DNA of 64,000 bases from Octopus sinensis (Eukaryota), in the NCBI RefSeq assembly GCF_006345805.1, contig NC_043008.1, forward strand, positions 79,728,879-79,792,878. The letters run 5' to 3'. The position numbers and the translations under genes are program-made. Positions 12,000 to 25,879 of the stretch are shown here, one piece after another. A model generated the notes under the pieces. The model saw only the letters and a program-made list of their open reading frames with translations, was not told where the DNA came from and ran no database searches. Position 1 is the stretch's first letter. Every line of letters begins with the position of its first letter.

Positions 12000-13330
12000 C
12001 ATCATCATTCCATGGTGGCACAGCATGGATGGTTTGACTGAAAACTGGTAAGCCAGGGAGCTGCACCAAGTTCCAATATGATTTGGAAAGATTTCTACAT
12101 CTGGATGCCCTTCCTAACATCAACCAATTCAAGAGTAGTGGGTGCTTTTTATGTTCCACTGGCACAGGTGTCATAGATGTGACACTTGCATCAGCCATGA
12201 CTATCATATCACTTGGCTTGATAGCATGGTATATTGCCAAAGATCTCAGTTACTTGTCACTGCCTCTGTGAAGCCCAATGCTCAAATGGTGTTTTTTATG
12301 TGCCACCAGCATGGGTGGCTTTGGCATCATTTGGGCAAAGCCAGTACCATCTGGTACTGGCTTTGGCCACAACTATGATTTCACTTAGCTTGAAAGGTCT
12401 TCTTAGCACAGAATATTTCCCAATGTTTGAAGGTTGCTTTTTACATGCCAGTCATGCAACATTAGCATTGGTCATGACTATGATCTCACTTGGTTTGATG
12501 GGTCTTCTCAAGCACGGCCATATCTCCAAAGGTCTTGGTCACTTGTCATTGCCTCCATGAGGCCCAACATTCAAAAATCATGCTTCAACACCTCATCCCA
12601 TGTCTTCCTGGGTTTACCACAGGTTCTCTCCACTTTTAAAGTGTGGCACATCTTCACAGAGCAGTCCTCGTCCATATGAATCATGACCATGCCAGCACAC
12701 TTGTCTCCCTTGCACACCATAACTGATGCTTCTTAAGCTCAACATTTTCTCTCAGGATGCTTACACTCTGTTGTACATTATATATCCAGCGAAGCATACT
12801 AGCTTCGTTTCTTTCAAGCTTACACATGTCCTCCAATGTCACAGCCCATGTTTCACTGCTCTGTAACATGGCTGTTTGCACACAGGCATCATACAGTCTG
12901 CCTTTCACTCTGAGATAGAGGTCCTTTATTATCAGCAGAGGTAGGAGTTCTCTGAATAACCCAGGCTATTCTTATTCTAGCAGCCAAGCTCTCAGAGCAT
13001 CCACCCCCAGCTACTGATTTGGTCACCTAGGTAACGGAAGCTATTGACTACTTCTAGTTTTCCCCTCTTGCATGTAATGGAGTCTATTTTCTGTACATTT
13101 TTAGTGTTTATTGTACCTGTGCACCTTCCAAACACAAAAACTATTTTCCCTGTTACCCTTCCTCTGATATTGCTGCACCTCTTATGTGTCTGTAGCTTAC
13201 ACTGGGTACATCTTATGGAGTTTCTGCCTATGACCTTTCTAGAGATCGAGCAGGGCTATCTAGCTGGAGGGATTTGTAATTTGTCTGCATTCCTACTTAA
13301 TAAAACTGGTTTTTGCTTAAGAGTGAGAAA
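12000..13330 (-). mobile_element. RTE LINE 3' portion (ORF C-terminus, 3' UTR, (GAT)n tail), decayed
   Basis: KGRLYDACVQTAML.SSETWAV...ERNEASMLRW; the 3' UTR matches the copies at 35652-36650 and 46578-46775. Confidence 0.8.
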
Positions 13331-16300
13331 TATGTCTTATGGCAGTTTTGATAAGTAGGCAAATCAAAGCAGAAAATGAAAGAGAAAGAGAGGAACACAG
13401 TGAGAGAGGAAGATAGACTAGATTTGTATGCATAATTCATCTTGAAACAATAATTTATGAATATTAAGTAAAAATGGTCATATATATTTTAAAAAGTGAC
13501 TGATAAAGTTGGTGGCTAAAAAGAATTAGAAGAAACAACTCAAAGAGAAAATTTCACTTTGAGAGATTGCAATCAACAGAATGTTTACTAAGAGACAAAA
13601 CAGCACATTTTCTGCATTTGTGTTATTGGGTGTGAAGAAAGAAGATAGTGAATTTGGTAGCTGCTAAGTGGTTTTTGTTATTGTGGAGCTGAGTCCTCAA
13701 AATGGTGTGAGTGTAATGTTATTTGGATATGTGGTATGGAGGTGTGGAAATGTGTAGGGATAGAGAGGAGGTAGATTGCTAACCAGTGGTCTGCATTGTT
13801 TCTTAAAGTGGTGGTATTTTCCATATGAGTTACTAGCAAGGAATGGATTTGAAAACTTTGCTAATGCTGATGATAGAATTGTACATGTAGGAGTGTTTTT
13901 AAATGATTTAAATCCATCATGGATTTTTTTTGTGTTAGGGATATCTGGGTTAGTGATATGAAGGATTGGTCTTTCTAGAATTTTTGATGCTATTTCACTT
14001 GGTTCAAGTAGTTGCAGTTGGTGAGTGTAGTTGTGTAATCTCAGCAGGTCTGACACAATTTAATAAATTTTGGATTATTTCTGTCGAAAGTACCTTCCAC
14101 CACCAATATACAGTGTCTTTTCAACTAGTATTGACCATTTCTATTCATATGCTTGTTTTCTCATTTTTTTTGCTCACACTGGCCAATATTTTTAATCTCC
14201 ATATTTTACACCAAAATTTTCTTGTAAGTTAATATTCAACACCCTTCATATTAAGTGTATTTGTCTTTTACTGCAATGCTTTGATTTCAATAATCATAAT
14301 TCATTCTTACACTGTACCTCACTTCTTAGTTTTTTGTAAGATTTATCTAAAAAATAACAGTTCCTTGAGCTTTACAGCTTCCTCCAATCCTAGTCATTAT
14401 GCTACCACTCATTCTGCTTCTTATATTAATAATGTTACACAAGTGTCAAAATTACTATATTATTTTGACAGAGTCATTCAGACTATCTTTAGTTTATGGA
14501 TGCTAATCTGTTTATTGATAAATGAAATAAACAGCTATAAAGAGAAAAAGTCTGTTAAAAGTAAAAGTAGTAAAACAATCATCTGGCTCAAGTCAATAAA
14601 AACACAGTTCAATGAATCAACAGTATATCAGATAATCTTTTAACATTTAATATATGTGAGCAATTGCTCTTGCTAAACCATCCGGCAACCTTTCTGGCCC
14701 ATGACCTAGAATGATTTTTCCCCCCAGTTTCTGAGATATCTAAGACTCTTGGTAGTTTTTGGTGTTGCAAAAATAATAAAAGTTATAAAAGAAAATATTT
14801 CTTGATATAATGAATAATGGCTTCTTTTATCTTGTTTTTTTTTTTCTCCTTATTTTTCTATTTTCTTTTTTTTCTGTGAAGTCTAGAGGAAATAATCAAT
14901 TGACTCAAATATAGCTAATCTACTACAGGTAATATAGATTACTATATATTCAAATCCTTACAAAATCTTGGACTGAATTTTAAGATTGGAGGAAAATGTT
15001 AGCCTTCCTGTATTGTATTTTATATTCAAGATATACATGGTATTCTGTTTACTTTTGCAGATATGCAATAGAAGGAAAAGATAATTCAGTGGCATTTGAA
15101 CATATTCATGGCTGTGTATTTCCTGAAAAATAAGCACTACCCTATGAATAAGAAACATACTATGACACAAGAATATGAGGATAACTAACAGAAGAATAAA
15201 AAGTTTTGTTATTTATGGGTAAGATGTGTTAAAGTAGTAATTGATTTAAATGGTAAGCATTTCTCTGAAATATTAGGTAAAAACAGCTTTAAATTTTACT
15301 TCTTAGACATGGAAATGTTTGTTACTTTTCTATATATATAGATACGTTTTAGTTTATATACAACAGTAAAATGCATGAAAATGCAATTTCATATATAAAT
15401 CTATGTTGATAGGTAGTAATATTTCATGTTTCAACATCAGTGTCTGATGAGTCATCTATTTCATCAGAATTTCCACCAATAGCCCTCCAAAATGACAGAG
15501 TTGCCTAAAAGAAAAAGAGAAAGAATTGTGTGTATATGAAATGCAAAGCAATCTTTAGAAATAAAAAATTATAAATCAATTTTAAAATACAGATATAAAG
15601 AACTTAACCAGTTCTTTGCAGGCATTTAGAATATTGTTCAACTGCTAATTCAGGTGAGCACAGTTGATTATAAGGTGCCCTATTTGAGAGCTGATTATAT
15701 GGCTTAAGTTTTGATTCGTCCATTGGATTGTTTGATTCCTACCTAATCAAAGTAACTAGGTTCATATCACCTTACCCTATACGCAGCCATCTCCTGAACC
15801 CTCTGGTACTTCAAATCTGCTAATTTTATTCTCACTACTCTTAATAGTAAATGTGCTTTATCTCTGACCTATCCAAGACAACAAAGTAGGTGACTCACAC
15901 CACCTTTGAAGATATGTTTAGATATGTCTGTCTATATTCCCCTCATGATTCCAAGTCTTTCAATTAGTTCACTAGCAGTTGCACTGTAGCAGTACAGAAA
16001 AAGAAAGAAAAAAACCCCTCCCTTTATTGTAAATTCAGTTTGGAGCCAGAAGCAAAATAGTCAGAAGATGTGGCAATGACTTTATTTATAGTTCTACTTA
16101 CATAGCCATTTTAGTTATAAAAAACAGTATATTTCCATTATATTATATTTAAAATTAACCAAAAGCAGTGCTGTGCACCATGAATTAATCTGCAAAGTTA
16201 GAAGAAAGGAAACCTTTAAATAAGAAAAGATCTAGCTCTAGTTTGAAAGGTAAGAGAGCTTGCCTGCCATATAATACGCAAAAACCTTTGCTTTTTAATC

Positions 16301-16484
16301 AGTAATCTTGCAAGTTAGTGATGGTGGATGACTTCCTCAAATCAATACATATATTTTGTTGTTAAAAACGAGGTGACATTGACAATTGCATTGTTTCTCA
16401 ACCATTTGTTGCTTATGAACCCCTTTGATTCCAATTTTACTCAGGTGGAACCTTCTAGCCATTCGATGTTAAAATATCCTATTA

Positions 16485-18213
16485 CCATATTTCTCAGCTT
16501 ATAAGACGCATCCCAATTTAGAAGGTAATAATCAGAAAAAAAAGTCAAGAGTGCTTAATACCAAGTAATATTTACTCTGTTAGTGAACATCAGCAAAAGC
16601 CTGTCTCAACTTGTTCTTTCAGCTGTGACTTCAGAACATTAAATGTTATGTTAAATCTATTGGAGTTCTTCACTTTTATTTTTAAAACACTGTCATCAGA
16701 TTATTGAGGAAAGAAAAAGGAAAAACTATAATTTTATTCATCTTCATACCCAGAAAATTCACTGCTGTCTACAAAACCAGAAAAATCACTATTTTCATCA
16801 TTCCAACAATCACTTTCAGAGTTGTTCTCTGCATTCACACCATCGGGGTCATCAATATCAAACTCTGAAGTGTCACTAGCCTCATAAACAAGGTCATCTT
16901 CTGTTCCATCATATTTTTAAAAAGACTTCACAATAGTCTGTTTTCACTTTCTCTCTTGCATTACCTGAAGTTTTAATAGTCACATTTTTATTAGTAAGTA
17001 AATCAACAGTCCTGTTAGAAGGAACATCAAAATTGAAGGGGACCCAGTCCATGTTTCCAATTTGGCTGAGCTTGTACATGGTTTATTTTCTGGCATTAAT
17101 TACAAACCTGTGAAATTCTATGATTTTGTCTTTGTATTCATCAGGCATTCTCTGGGCAATCCTAGAGTGGGTCCTCATTGATAATCCACTGCATTTCATA
17201 AACTGGTAACACAGGCTTGCAGTGCCACGAAAATCTTCGATCCCATTTTGTTTTGCCCAAGCTCTGACCTCATTTATTATAGTTGATGTAGACACTGCAC
17301 GACCATAATTCCTTTCATTTATTATCTTGTTCTTAATTTCATCTTCCAGTCCTGGCCATCTTGCTGGTTTGCGATGAAGATTATGCTTTTTCTTCTGTGC
17401 TGTCCTCAATCTGTCTTCTTGTTGATGCCACACTTTTATCATCTTATCAATAGCCCAAACTCCCTCTCTGCAGGTCTGTTGCTATGTATTTTGGCATAAT
17501 CAACTACCATTAATTTAAAATGTATGGTGCATGCATGTCTCTTTTTCCCAGCCATCATACATAAAATGGGTATCGTATCTGGAAATGTAAAAATTTATGG
17601 TACTTCAATATGGTGGAGATAATCTTATTACTATTCATTTCCCATTGATCCTAAGTTATGATGATCTCCCAATTTGAACTGATGAAACAGTTGCTGATGC
17701 TGTTGTGTACGCAGCTCTATATAGTGAGGGTCTCAGAGTTAATACTGACATGTCTTTGTCAGTGATTATCAGTATAAACAAAAATGGTTGCTACAGCTGT
17801 TGTTGGGCCATCATATTTGCTTGGCAATATTTGACACTGTAACTATGGCATATGGTAAATATGATTACTCGTACCTAATAAAGTGAAAATATCCAGCATG
17901 TTCTAACAATAGTGTAGTATACAGTAGCATTATTTTTAAGTGCCTACCATAAATGATGCTGCTTTGTGGCTTCAATTGTTAAGAAAAAAGAAGGAGGAAT
18001 TTTGTTTTCTGTCAATATCCCAGTACTATATCTGTATTTCATAAATAGCTAGTCTCAAAATGTTATCAATTAACTGTAATTTTGAAACACTGGACTTGTT
18101 TTAGTTTCAATGGCTTATAGCTCCTGTCACTGACCTTCAGTTTATAGGATGTAGGGTGGTTTTTGGAGATATTTTGTAGAAAAAAAATGCATCTAATAAA
18201 CTGCAAAATATGG
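16485..18213 (-). mobile_element. pogo/Tigger (POGK-like) transposon, internally deleted, with TIRs and TA target sites
   Basis: TIRs ccatatttctcagcttataagacgca (16485-16510) vs reverse complement of 18188-18213, 21/26 identical, both flanked by TA. Brinker-like start MAGKKRHACTIHFKLMVVDYA, CENP-B HTH ORF 17083-17442, start of DDE domain (FDVPSNRTVD) fused to acidic tail DGTEDDLVYE. Confidence 0.85.
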
Positions 18214-18399
18214 TACATACTTATAATTAAATATCATTTGGAATTAATGAAAAAGTTATTGAAATATTTTGTGTATTGTAGAAGTATAACCAATTTATTG
18301 GAGATAAATTTTAACAGCAAAATCTTATATGGACCCTGAATGGTTTAGAGGGACATATGTAATAATTTACTATGTGCTATGTGTTTTAGAGTAAAGCTT

Positions 18400-21300
18400 A
18401 GTAGCCATAAAGTTAAAGACATATGGACATGTGATCAAATTTTACTGGTTTAGCAAAATCTACAAGCAGCCTGGACCACGGACTCAGGCCATGATTGGAA
18501 TTTCACCAGTGGTGACTTTGCTGTGAGAGCATCATCATTCAATATCACGGTCCATAGGAGTCTAATACATGTAACACCTTATTACTGATTTCATTCTTGA
18601 AATCCCCAGGTGTCCCATATGAAATTCACTTAATACACGCTCTTGTAGTGTGGCTGGTACTACAACTCTTTGCGTGTACATCAACACATTATTACATAGA
18701 GAAAAATGGTTTGTATTTTTGTTACGTATATTTTTCTTTTTTTTTTTTACCTTCAATGTTTCTTTCATCTTTGCAATGAATTTGTCATTCTCAGATTTAA
18801 ATTTTTATATCTTGAACAGTTGCTGGCAGCTCCCAAATGAAGCTACAGAAAATGTTTTTTATTTTATTTTTCACTTGCAACACAGCAATCATAGTGTCTT
18901 CGAATAGTTCTGTATTTTTTGGAATTAGCCTTGATAATCAATCCGCATGGCCTAACCTCTTGGATGGTGTATACTCCATCTTAAAAACATAATTCAACAA
19001 TAACGTACCACAGCAGTGTAACCTAATTGCAGTATGGGTAGGAATTCCTTTCTTAGACCCCAAAATTGATAATAATGGTTGGTGATCAGTTTGTAGCTGA
19101 AAACTTCTACTGTGCAAAAGTCTGTGAAATTTCTTCATGGCAGAAATGATCACTAGAACTTCTTTCTCTATTTGACTATAATTTTTCTTTGCTGCTATCA
19201 GAGAAAGTGAGGCATAAACTACTGCCTTCATATTACTGTCTTTATATTTGTGTAGGATTACTGCTCCTATGCCATATTCAGAAGCGTCAGAAGCTACAAC
19301 AATCTCTGCTGCAGGACTGAAATGAGCCAGCGACAAATCCAATATTAATGTTTTTTTAATATCATCAAATGCCTTTAGACAATTATTTGAATAATTCCAC
19401 TTCACATCCATTTTTAGCAAATTAATATAGATTTAGTGGAGCTCTTAATTCATGCATATTTGGTATATAATTTTGATAATAATTCACTAAACCTAGAAAA
19501 GCTTGTAAGGTCATTATATTAGTCAAAGGAGACGTATTTTTAATTGCGTCTGCCCTTGGCGGGTCCAATTGTCATCCATTCCCGTCGATAATTTGTCCTA
19601 AATTTTAAGTAAGAAAAATTCACAGTTTTTCTCAGTGTGAAACTGTAATCTCTTATTTTATTAAAAACACATTTTACATGGTTGATATGCTGATCATGAG
19701 ATTCACTTTTAATTAATATATCATCCAGGTGAATTCACAGTCCACTAACATTGCATCCATAACCTGTTGAAAAATTGCAAGTACAATCTTTAGACCAAAT
19801 GGTAATCTGTTATATTTATATAGTCCTTTATGCATATTCACTGATAGGTATTTTGAGCATTCCTTGTCTACTCTAATCTGTAGGTACACATTAGAGAGAT
19901 CCAGTTTTGAAAATATTACGCCCCCGTTTAACTTTGCAAAAATTTCTTCCAGAGCAGGTAGTGGATAGTAACACATTTTTAGACATTCATTCAAACCAGT
20001 GGAAAAATTGACACACACCCTGATTTTGTTATTCTTTTTTTTTTTTGATAAATTGTTGGCGCTACCCATTTTGCATATTCCACTTTTTGATGACTCCAGT
20101 TTTCTCTAATCTGTTTAATTCTTCATCGACATGTTTTATCACAGCAAAGGTACAATTCGTTTTGGTTTGAACACTGGTATTGCATTTTCCTTAATTTGGA
20201 AACATGCCTCAGTCTTAGTAGACAAACCTAATTTATTCGACAAAACTTCAGGAAAAGCATTTTGAAATTTTTTCTTCAATTCATATGATGCCTTATTCTT
20301 ACTGGAGGAACAATCATTTATGTTTTTATAGAATAGATTTATGGGGAGGTCCCATAAATCAAACAACTCCATCTAGTCAGTACTGAACAAGTTTGTTGCA
20401 CTTTTTAACACAAACACTTCTGCTTTACAAATTTTGCCATGAAATGTAATGTTGCTTATCATTTTGCCTAAGAAGTATAATCTTTCACCTGTGATGCCTC
20501 ATGCACCTTTAGATATTTTCTTTAATGTAGGTTTTCCAATTTTCTTCCACATCAATAATTGTAATGTTGCTATCTCTGTCTAGTTGTAGATTCATGTTTG
20601 CAGCATTTATTTTTATATACACATACTTTCTTTTTGGGGTGTTGTCATGACATTCTGTGGAGTAAACCTTTTTAGAGGAATTTTTTTCCGACCCTTTTTG
20701 CTTCACTATGCAGTGTGAGCTTTTATGTCCTATTTTTTGACAACTAAAACATTTCTGAGTTTTAAATGGACAGTCTTTATTAGAATGCAGACCTCTACAC
20801 CCATATCATGGATATGGTTGTAGCATTTTTTTTTTATTTATTCCCAGTCGAAATGTTTGTACTTGAGAGAAATTTGTTTCTTCAATTTTCTTTATGTCCT
20901 GTCACAAGTTGATAATAAATCTTTAACATTCCTCTGCAATTGCCTGCAGGGTTAAATTCTGGTCCTCCTGTTCTAGTTTCGTAAGAATCTGCGCATCTTT
21001 GCTTGCTGTGAATCTTTCCATAAAAATGAGGCATTTAAACATGTCTGGAGATAATTCCTTCAGTTTAAATTTTTTGCACATTTTCTTATGATTCCGGCAT
21101 AGCTGACAAAATCTTTGTCCTCTTCTTTAGCTAAGTTCAAACACTCACAGTGACTGTTAAACAGGGAACCCTAATTGCTGAACATTTTGGATAGCAATTC
21201 AATTGTTTCCTCAAAACAAATTTCACTTGTTTTTTCAGGCAAGATAAAATTGCAGTATTTTTCATGTTCTGTATCTTCTGAAGTACACTGAAAAAGTTAT

Positions 21301-21830
21301 ACCCTCTTCTGGGTTATAACTAAATTCAGTTATAGCATTCACAACACTGTCTGGCAAAAATGAACTTGCAGTGTTTCCCGACTTCAACATCAATTCCAGT
21401 AACTGATTGTGTTGTTGTGTTGTAGTTGGTGCAACTGTAATATGTCCATAATTAACAAATTTTTTGTATCATAAAAAATTGTTTTTGACCAACATAAGCC
21501 TTGAATTACTCGTCGTCACTTTTATAACATGATTTCTGTATATGTCACCTTGGTGTCGTGCACTAATACAGTGTGATAATAGTACCACAGAACAAATGGG
21601 GTAGACACCAACTGTCTCCCAAATACTCTACCAACAACTGTAACCAATCCCAAACAACTCTCAACGACTATAACAACTTCTCAACAATTTCCTGTGACAT
21701 CATGAACTCAGGAACAATACCTTTCAATTTCCTGCGATTTCTCATCTATCGCTCTCAGTCAAACACATTACGACTTATATGAGTTCAGCTAGTCCACTCT
21801 CACAGGGGTGTCATGATTCTTGTAATAACA
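18400..21830 (-). mobile_element. Decayed Gypsy LTR retrotransposon (probable 5' LTR, PBS, gag-pol to integrase start)
   Basis: RT (IRVCVNFSTGLN, FSKLDLSNVYLQI, YNRLPFG), RNase H (VVASDASEYGIGAV, YSQIEKE), integrase H2C2 (FHMGHLGISRMK); PBS-like TGACGACGAG at 21509-21518. LTR limits (~21520-21830) are tentative. Confidence 0.8.
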
Positions 21831-21899
21831 CAGACTTAAATAAGAATTTCAATACAAATCTCATCACTATGTTCTGTGAAAACATGGTTACACTAAACA

Positions 21900-23090
21900 A
21901 GCAATTGCTCAAAAGTGAGCAACATGCTTTTGGTGCAATATTTGTACTTTTTGACTTTTTGGATATTTCTTTTCTACATCCTAACTATCATATTATTTTA
22001 CAACTGAAAAAAAAAAATTTATATTCACAGATAGTGATTTAGAACTTGAAGGGTTTTCAAAAGAAGACAGAAAATTCAGGCAAAATATGCAACCAGTACT
22101 ACCATGTGTATGAAAGAGAATTAGATATTTTGATATCTGATAGCAAAAGCAGTGACTATGATAACAGCTCTGGTAATGAATATGAAAGTGAGGAGTTTCT
22201 ATCAAAAACATAATGAACAGTGATTTAAGAATTGTTTTTTAAAAGAGACAGGACACAGGCATTGTCTTTTCAATGAGTCAAGTGCAATTGACCATTTTTT
22301 TCTCATTTTTTCTTCACCAGTTGCTTCAGATAATAACTGTAGAAACAAACTGTTATGCAGAATATAAATAGAAAGAGAGAAAAGATACTGCTGTGAATTT
22401 AATTTTTATACAGGGTAAAAGAGACAATAATGTAAGTTAGCATTACCTAAGGTACAGTGTGGTCTGGAAATTATTGCTTCCATTTCATAACTAGGGCCAT
22501 GTATTATTTTTGGTCAAGCTTGCACTAAATTTAGAAGCTGAGGAATCATAAACATGTTTTACAGTGACTTCAAATAGAAAAGGGCAGCCATTGAATATAA
22601 AAAAAGCAAAAGTAAAAAAGAAAGTTAAAATAATCCTACAGCAGAAAGAAAATTTGCAAGTGACTGCCTACAGAGATAAGAGGCAAATAAAATTTTTATT
22701 CACTTATGCTCAACTACATCTGGATGAAAATGGCACAGTTTGTGAATCTCAATTACAGCTGTTGCATGGGGATTGTCAATGGAATGAGTAATAAGTGAGG
22801 TGAATTTATAGTAAATGTGAATGCAATTATACCACATACCAAATGTGGAGGGGCTCAAAAACAATGTGACCATCTGCAGTTCCAAGCAGATGCAACAACA
22901 CAATTGAGGGCAGGCTATCCATAAAAAATAACTGTTATACCTCTGAATTCAGCTAGTCTTCATAAAACAGAAAAAAATGTGCCACAAATACCAACATCAG
23001 AAAAAGATAAGGTTCCTAGTGAACAGACTTTCGAATGTGTATTCTGTAAAGTTGCATTATGTAGACTGGAATGCTTTACAAGTTTCCATG
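21900..23090 (+). mobile_element. Highly decayed piggyBac-like transposase relic
   Basis: Fragments .IDHFFSFF...ITVETNCYAE, AYRDKRQIKFL, and C-terminal Cys-rich C.FCKVALCRLECFTSFHD. Confidence 0.6.
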
Positions 23091-23149
23091 ATCTTTTATT
23101 TAATTTACCTGTAATTTCAATTTACTTGTAAGGTGAGAGGATATGAAGA

Positions 23150-23428
23150 CTGGGAAAGGTGATGCTATTCTATATTTTTGAGATGAGGAATTATATACAT
23201 TATTTACAATGGATAGATAGGTGTCCTCATCTTGTTTGATTTTATCACAACATTTTGGCTGATGTACTCTCCAACCTTCATCAGGTGTTCTGGTGGAAAT
23301 GAGAACAGTGTACCCCATTAGTCAAATAAAGGGTTGGGTTCAAAATTCCACCAGAACACCTGATGAAGGATGGAGAGTACATCAATTGAAACTACAACAA
23401 AGATGAGGACACCTATCTGTCCATTGTA
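23150..23428. mobile_element. Head-to-head inverted pair of Penelope-like pseudo-LTR ends, each with a decayed hammerhead motif
   Basis: Arms 23205-23298 and 23346-23428 are reverse complements. Each carries AACAC-CUGAUGA-AGG(U/A)UG...: tcatcag at 23278-23284 and ctgatga at 23360-23366. Confidence 0.65.
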
Positions 23429-23429
23429 G

Positions 23430-24215
23430 TAATTACAGAGGTATCAAAATGTTGGACTATGTCATGAAAGTTACAGAAAAGGTCAAAGCTCAACTAATTA
23501 GGGAAAGAGTGAAACTAGAGGAGATGCATTTTGGTTTTGTGCCAGGAAGAAGCACTACTGATGAGGTAGTGAGGCAATTGTAGGAGAAGCACTTAGCAAA
23601 AAATAAATTGCATTTGTCAACATGGTCCCTCATTTGACAATGTCCCTCATTTTTTCATATGGTAGTCAATACAGAAGGTTAGATGAGTGGTTGGTGAGAG
23701 CTGTCCAAACCATGTACAGGGATGCTGTCAGTAAGGTGAAAGCTGGCAATGAGCAGTGACATTTAGTGTGCAGGTAGGAGTTCACCAAGGATCAGTTCTC
23801 AGCCCCTTCTTAGGCAGTAGAAGTTGCTCTGAAAGTGTAGTTGCTAGAATAAGAATCAGTTGAGCAAAGTTCAGAGAGCTATTATCTTTCTTGGTAACAA
23901 AAGGCCTCTCCCTGAGAATGAAAGGCAGACTATGATGCCTGTGTATGGACATACTACATGGCAGTGAAACATGGGCTGGGACTGCTGAGGACATGCAAAA
24001 GAAATGAAATTAGCAAACTCCAGTGGATGTGCAATATGATGCATATAGATGAAGACAGCTGCATAAAGAAGTACTGATCTCTAAATGTAGAAAGGACCTG
24101 TAAAAGAGGAACACCCAGGAAGGTGTGGGATGGAGTCATGAAAAATGATCTTCAGATGTTGAGCCTCACAGAGGAGGTGACAAAAGACTAAGACAACTGG
24201 CAATTTGCAGTGCTT
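23430..24215 (+). mobile_element. RTE LINE RT/C-terminal fragment with deletions
   Basis: NYRGIKMLDYVMKV; same family as 42335-43945. Confidence 0.75.
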
Positions 24216-24439
24216 GCCCAGCTAAGTAAAATCCCTGTCCATGCACTCCTCCCCTACAACCCACCTATACTCAACACTGCTGTTACCTCCTCCCTCCATT
24301 TTCCCTCAGGTACCTACCTACCTTCACACAATGTCTCTTAAATCCCTTCTCCACAACACATCCTACTAATACCCCCTTCCTCTAATAGTGCTCACTTGTT
24401 ACATCTCCCTGCCTCTAATTCTCATTCTCCTGAAATCAT

Positions 24440-24900
24440 TTAATGTCTGTTGTCCATGCTAGCATGGGTTGGACAGTTTGAACAGGGCTGGCAAGCTGAA
24501 GGGCTGTGCCAGACTCCAGTCTGATTTGGCATGGTTCCTATGGCTGGATGTCCTTCCTAACACCAACCACTCTGAGAGTGTAATGGGTGCTTTTACATGC
24601 CACCAGCACGGGTGCCAGTTGCATGACACCAGTATCTGCCATGACTATGATTTCACTTGGCTTGATGGGTCTTCTGAAGTATGGCATATCACCAAGGGTT
24701 TTGGTCATTTGTTATTGTCTTTTATGTCCCACTGGCACAGGTGCTAGTTACGTGACACAAGCGAGGCCGACCACTAACACTCAAATGGTGCTTTTTATGT
24801 GCCATTGGCACAGGTGCCAATTGTGTAACACAAACATCTGCCATGACTACGATTTTATTTGGCTTGACTGGTCTTCTCAAGCACTGCATATTGCCAAGAA
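24440..24900 (-). mobile_element. RTE 3' UTR fragment
   Basis: ccatgctagcatgggttggacag...ggatgtccttcctaacaccaaccactc, as in the other RTE tails. Confidence 0.7.
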
Positions 24901-25199
24901 ATAATTCTATGACTATCAGAAAGGTATATCATCATCTGAACTAGTTAGTAGTATATCACTGACCCACTTGTTTCCCTGCAAGCCCCACATTAAATTCTTC
25001 CTGCCCATATTTATTCAGCATGAAAATGTTGACACAAAGATGTTCAAATTGAGCATTAACTGTATTATCTTACCAGTTATCAAAGACCTGCAATGGTCAT
25101 GCCTTCCTCTAGACAAAGTCATAAAAAAAAACATCATAAGGTACAATATATTTTGTAGGCCAAGAAAAATAATTGTGTTATGTCCCTAAGAAGGGTATT

Positions 25200-25865
25200 T
25201 TGTTAGGATGTTTTCACCTTATTTGAAAGGTTTTTGATATGCTGAATTCAAAAACCGAATCCATTTTTTACCATTGAGTCTAGATTTCAAGATAACCAAA
25301 CCCCAATTATCTATGTGTGATATGTGTGAATTCTAAGATGGTCAATTTTCTCCTGGGGCAACAAAGCAGATACACCAAATATACATGCTTTTTATGTATG
25401 TTGGACAGCATATTCATGAAAAAACATTGAGTGAGCAAAGACTGGATGCAGCAAAAATGAGTTCCAGAGTTTTTTTAATATGGTTGAAGAGTTAAAACAG
25501 GAAAAAACACCTCCACTCCATATCAAACTTGGCATTATGAAGCAATTTGTTAAAGCTCTGGATAAAGACAGCCCATGCTTTCATATTATTTACAGCATGT
25601 TTCCTGGTATGAGCAGTGAAATGACAGAAGCTGAAGTATTTGATGGGCTTCAAATCAGAAAACTGATGAAAGATGGAAACTTTGTAAATGACTTTCTGAG
25701 CAACAAGAAAGCAGCCAACTATGTCAAAATAGTCCACAACATGCTGGAGAGCTTTCAAATGTCGGGACCAAATGTGAGCATAAAGATGCACTATCTCCAC
25801 AGTCACATTGATAAATTTCTTTAAAATCTTGGTGACACAAGTGATGAATAGGCAGAATGTTTCCA
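25200..25865 (+). mobile_element. Chapaev3-like (CMC) DNA transposase relic
   Basis: KMVNFLLGQQSRYTKYTCFLC, PPLHIKLGIMKQFVKALDK, FDGLQIRKL, KMHYLHSHIDKF.*NLGDTSDE*AECFH. Superfamily assignment is from recalled motifs. Confidence 0.6.
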
Positions 25866-25879
25866 CCGCCACCACCACC

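Noticed and set aside
13390-14643. ORFs 13697-14056 and 14281-14643
   Set aside because: No recognisable domain motif; probably very old repeat debris or chance ORFs.
15440-15475. CTGATGA...TCATCAG hairpin with nearby GAAA
   Set aside because: No U16.1/NUH triplet or stem I; the minus strand reads like an acidic peptide tail (NSDEIDDSSDTDVET*).
15592-15660. Candidate micro-exon with ttctttgcag acceptor and cag|gtgagc donor
   Set aside because: It is short, the longer version has stops in all frames, and there are no partner exons or homology, so a host gene cannot be supported.
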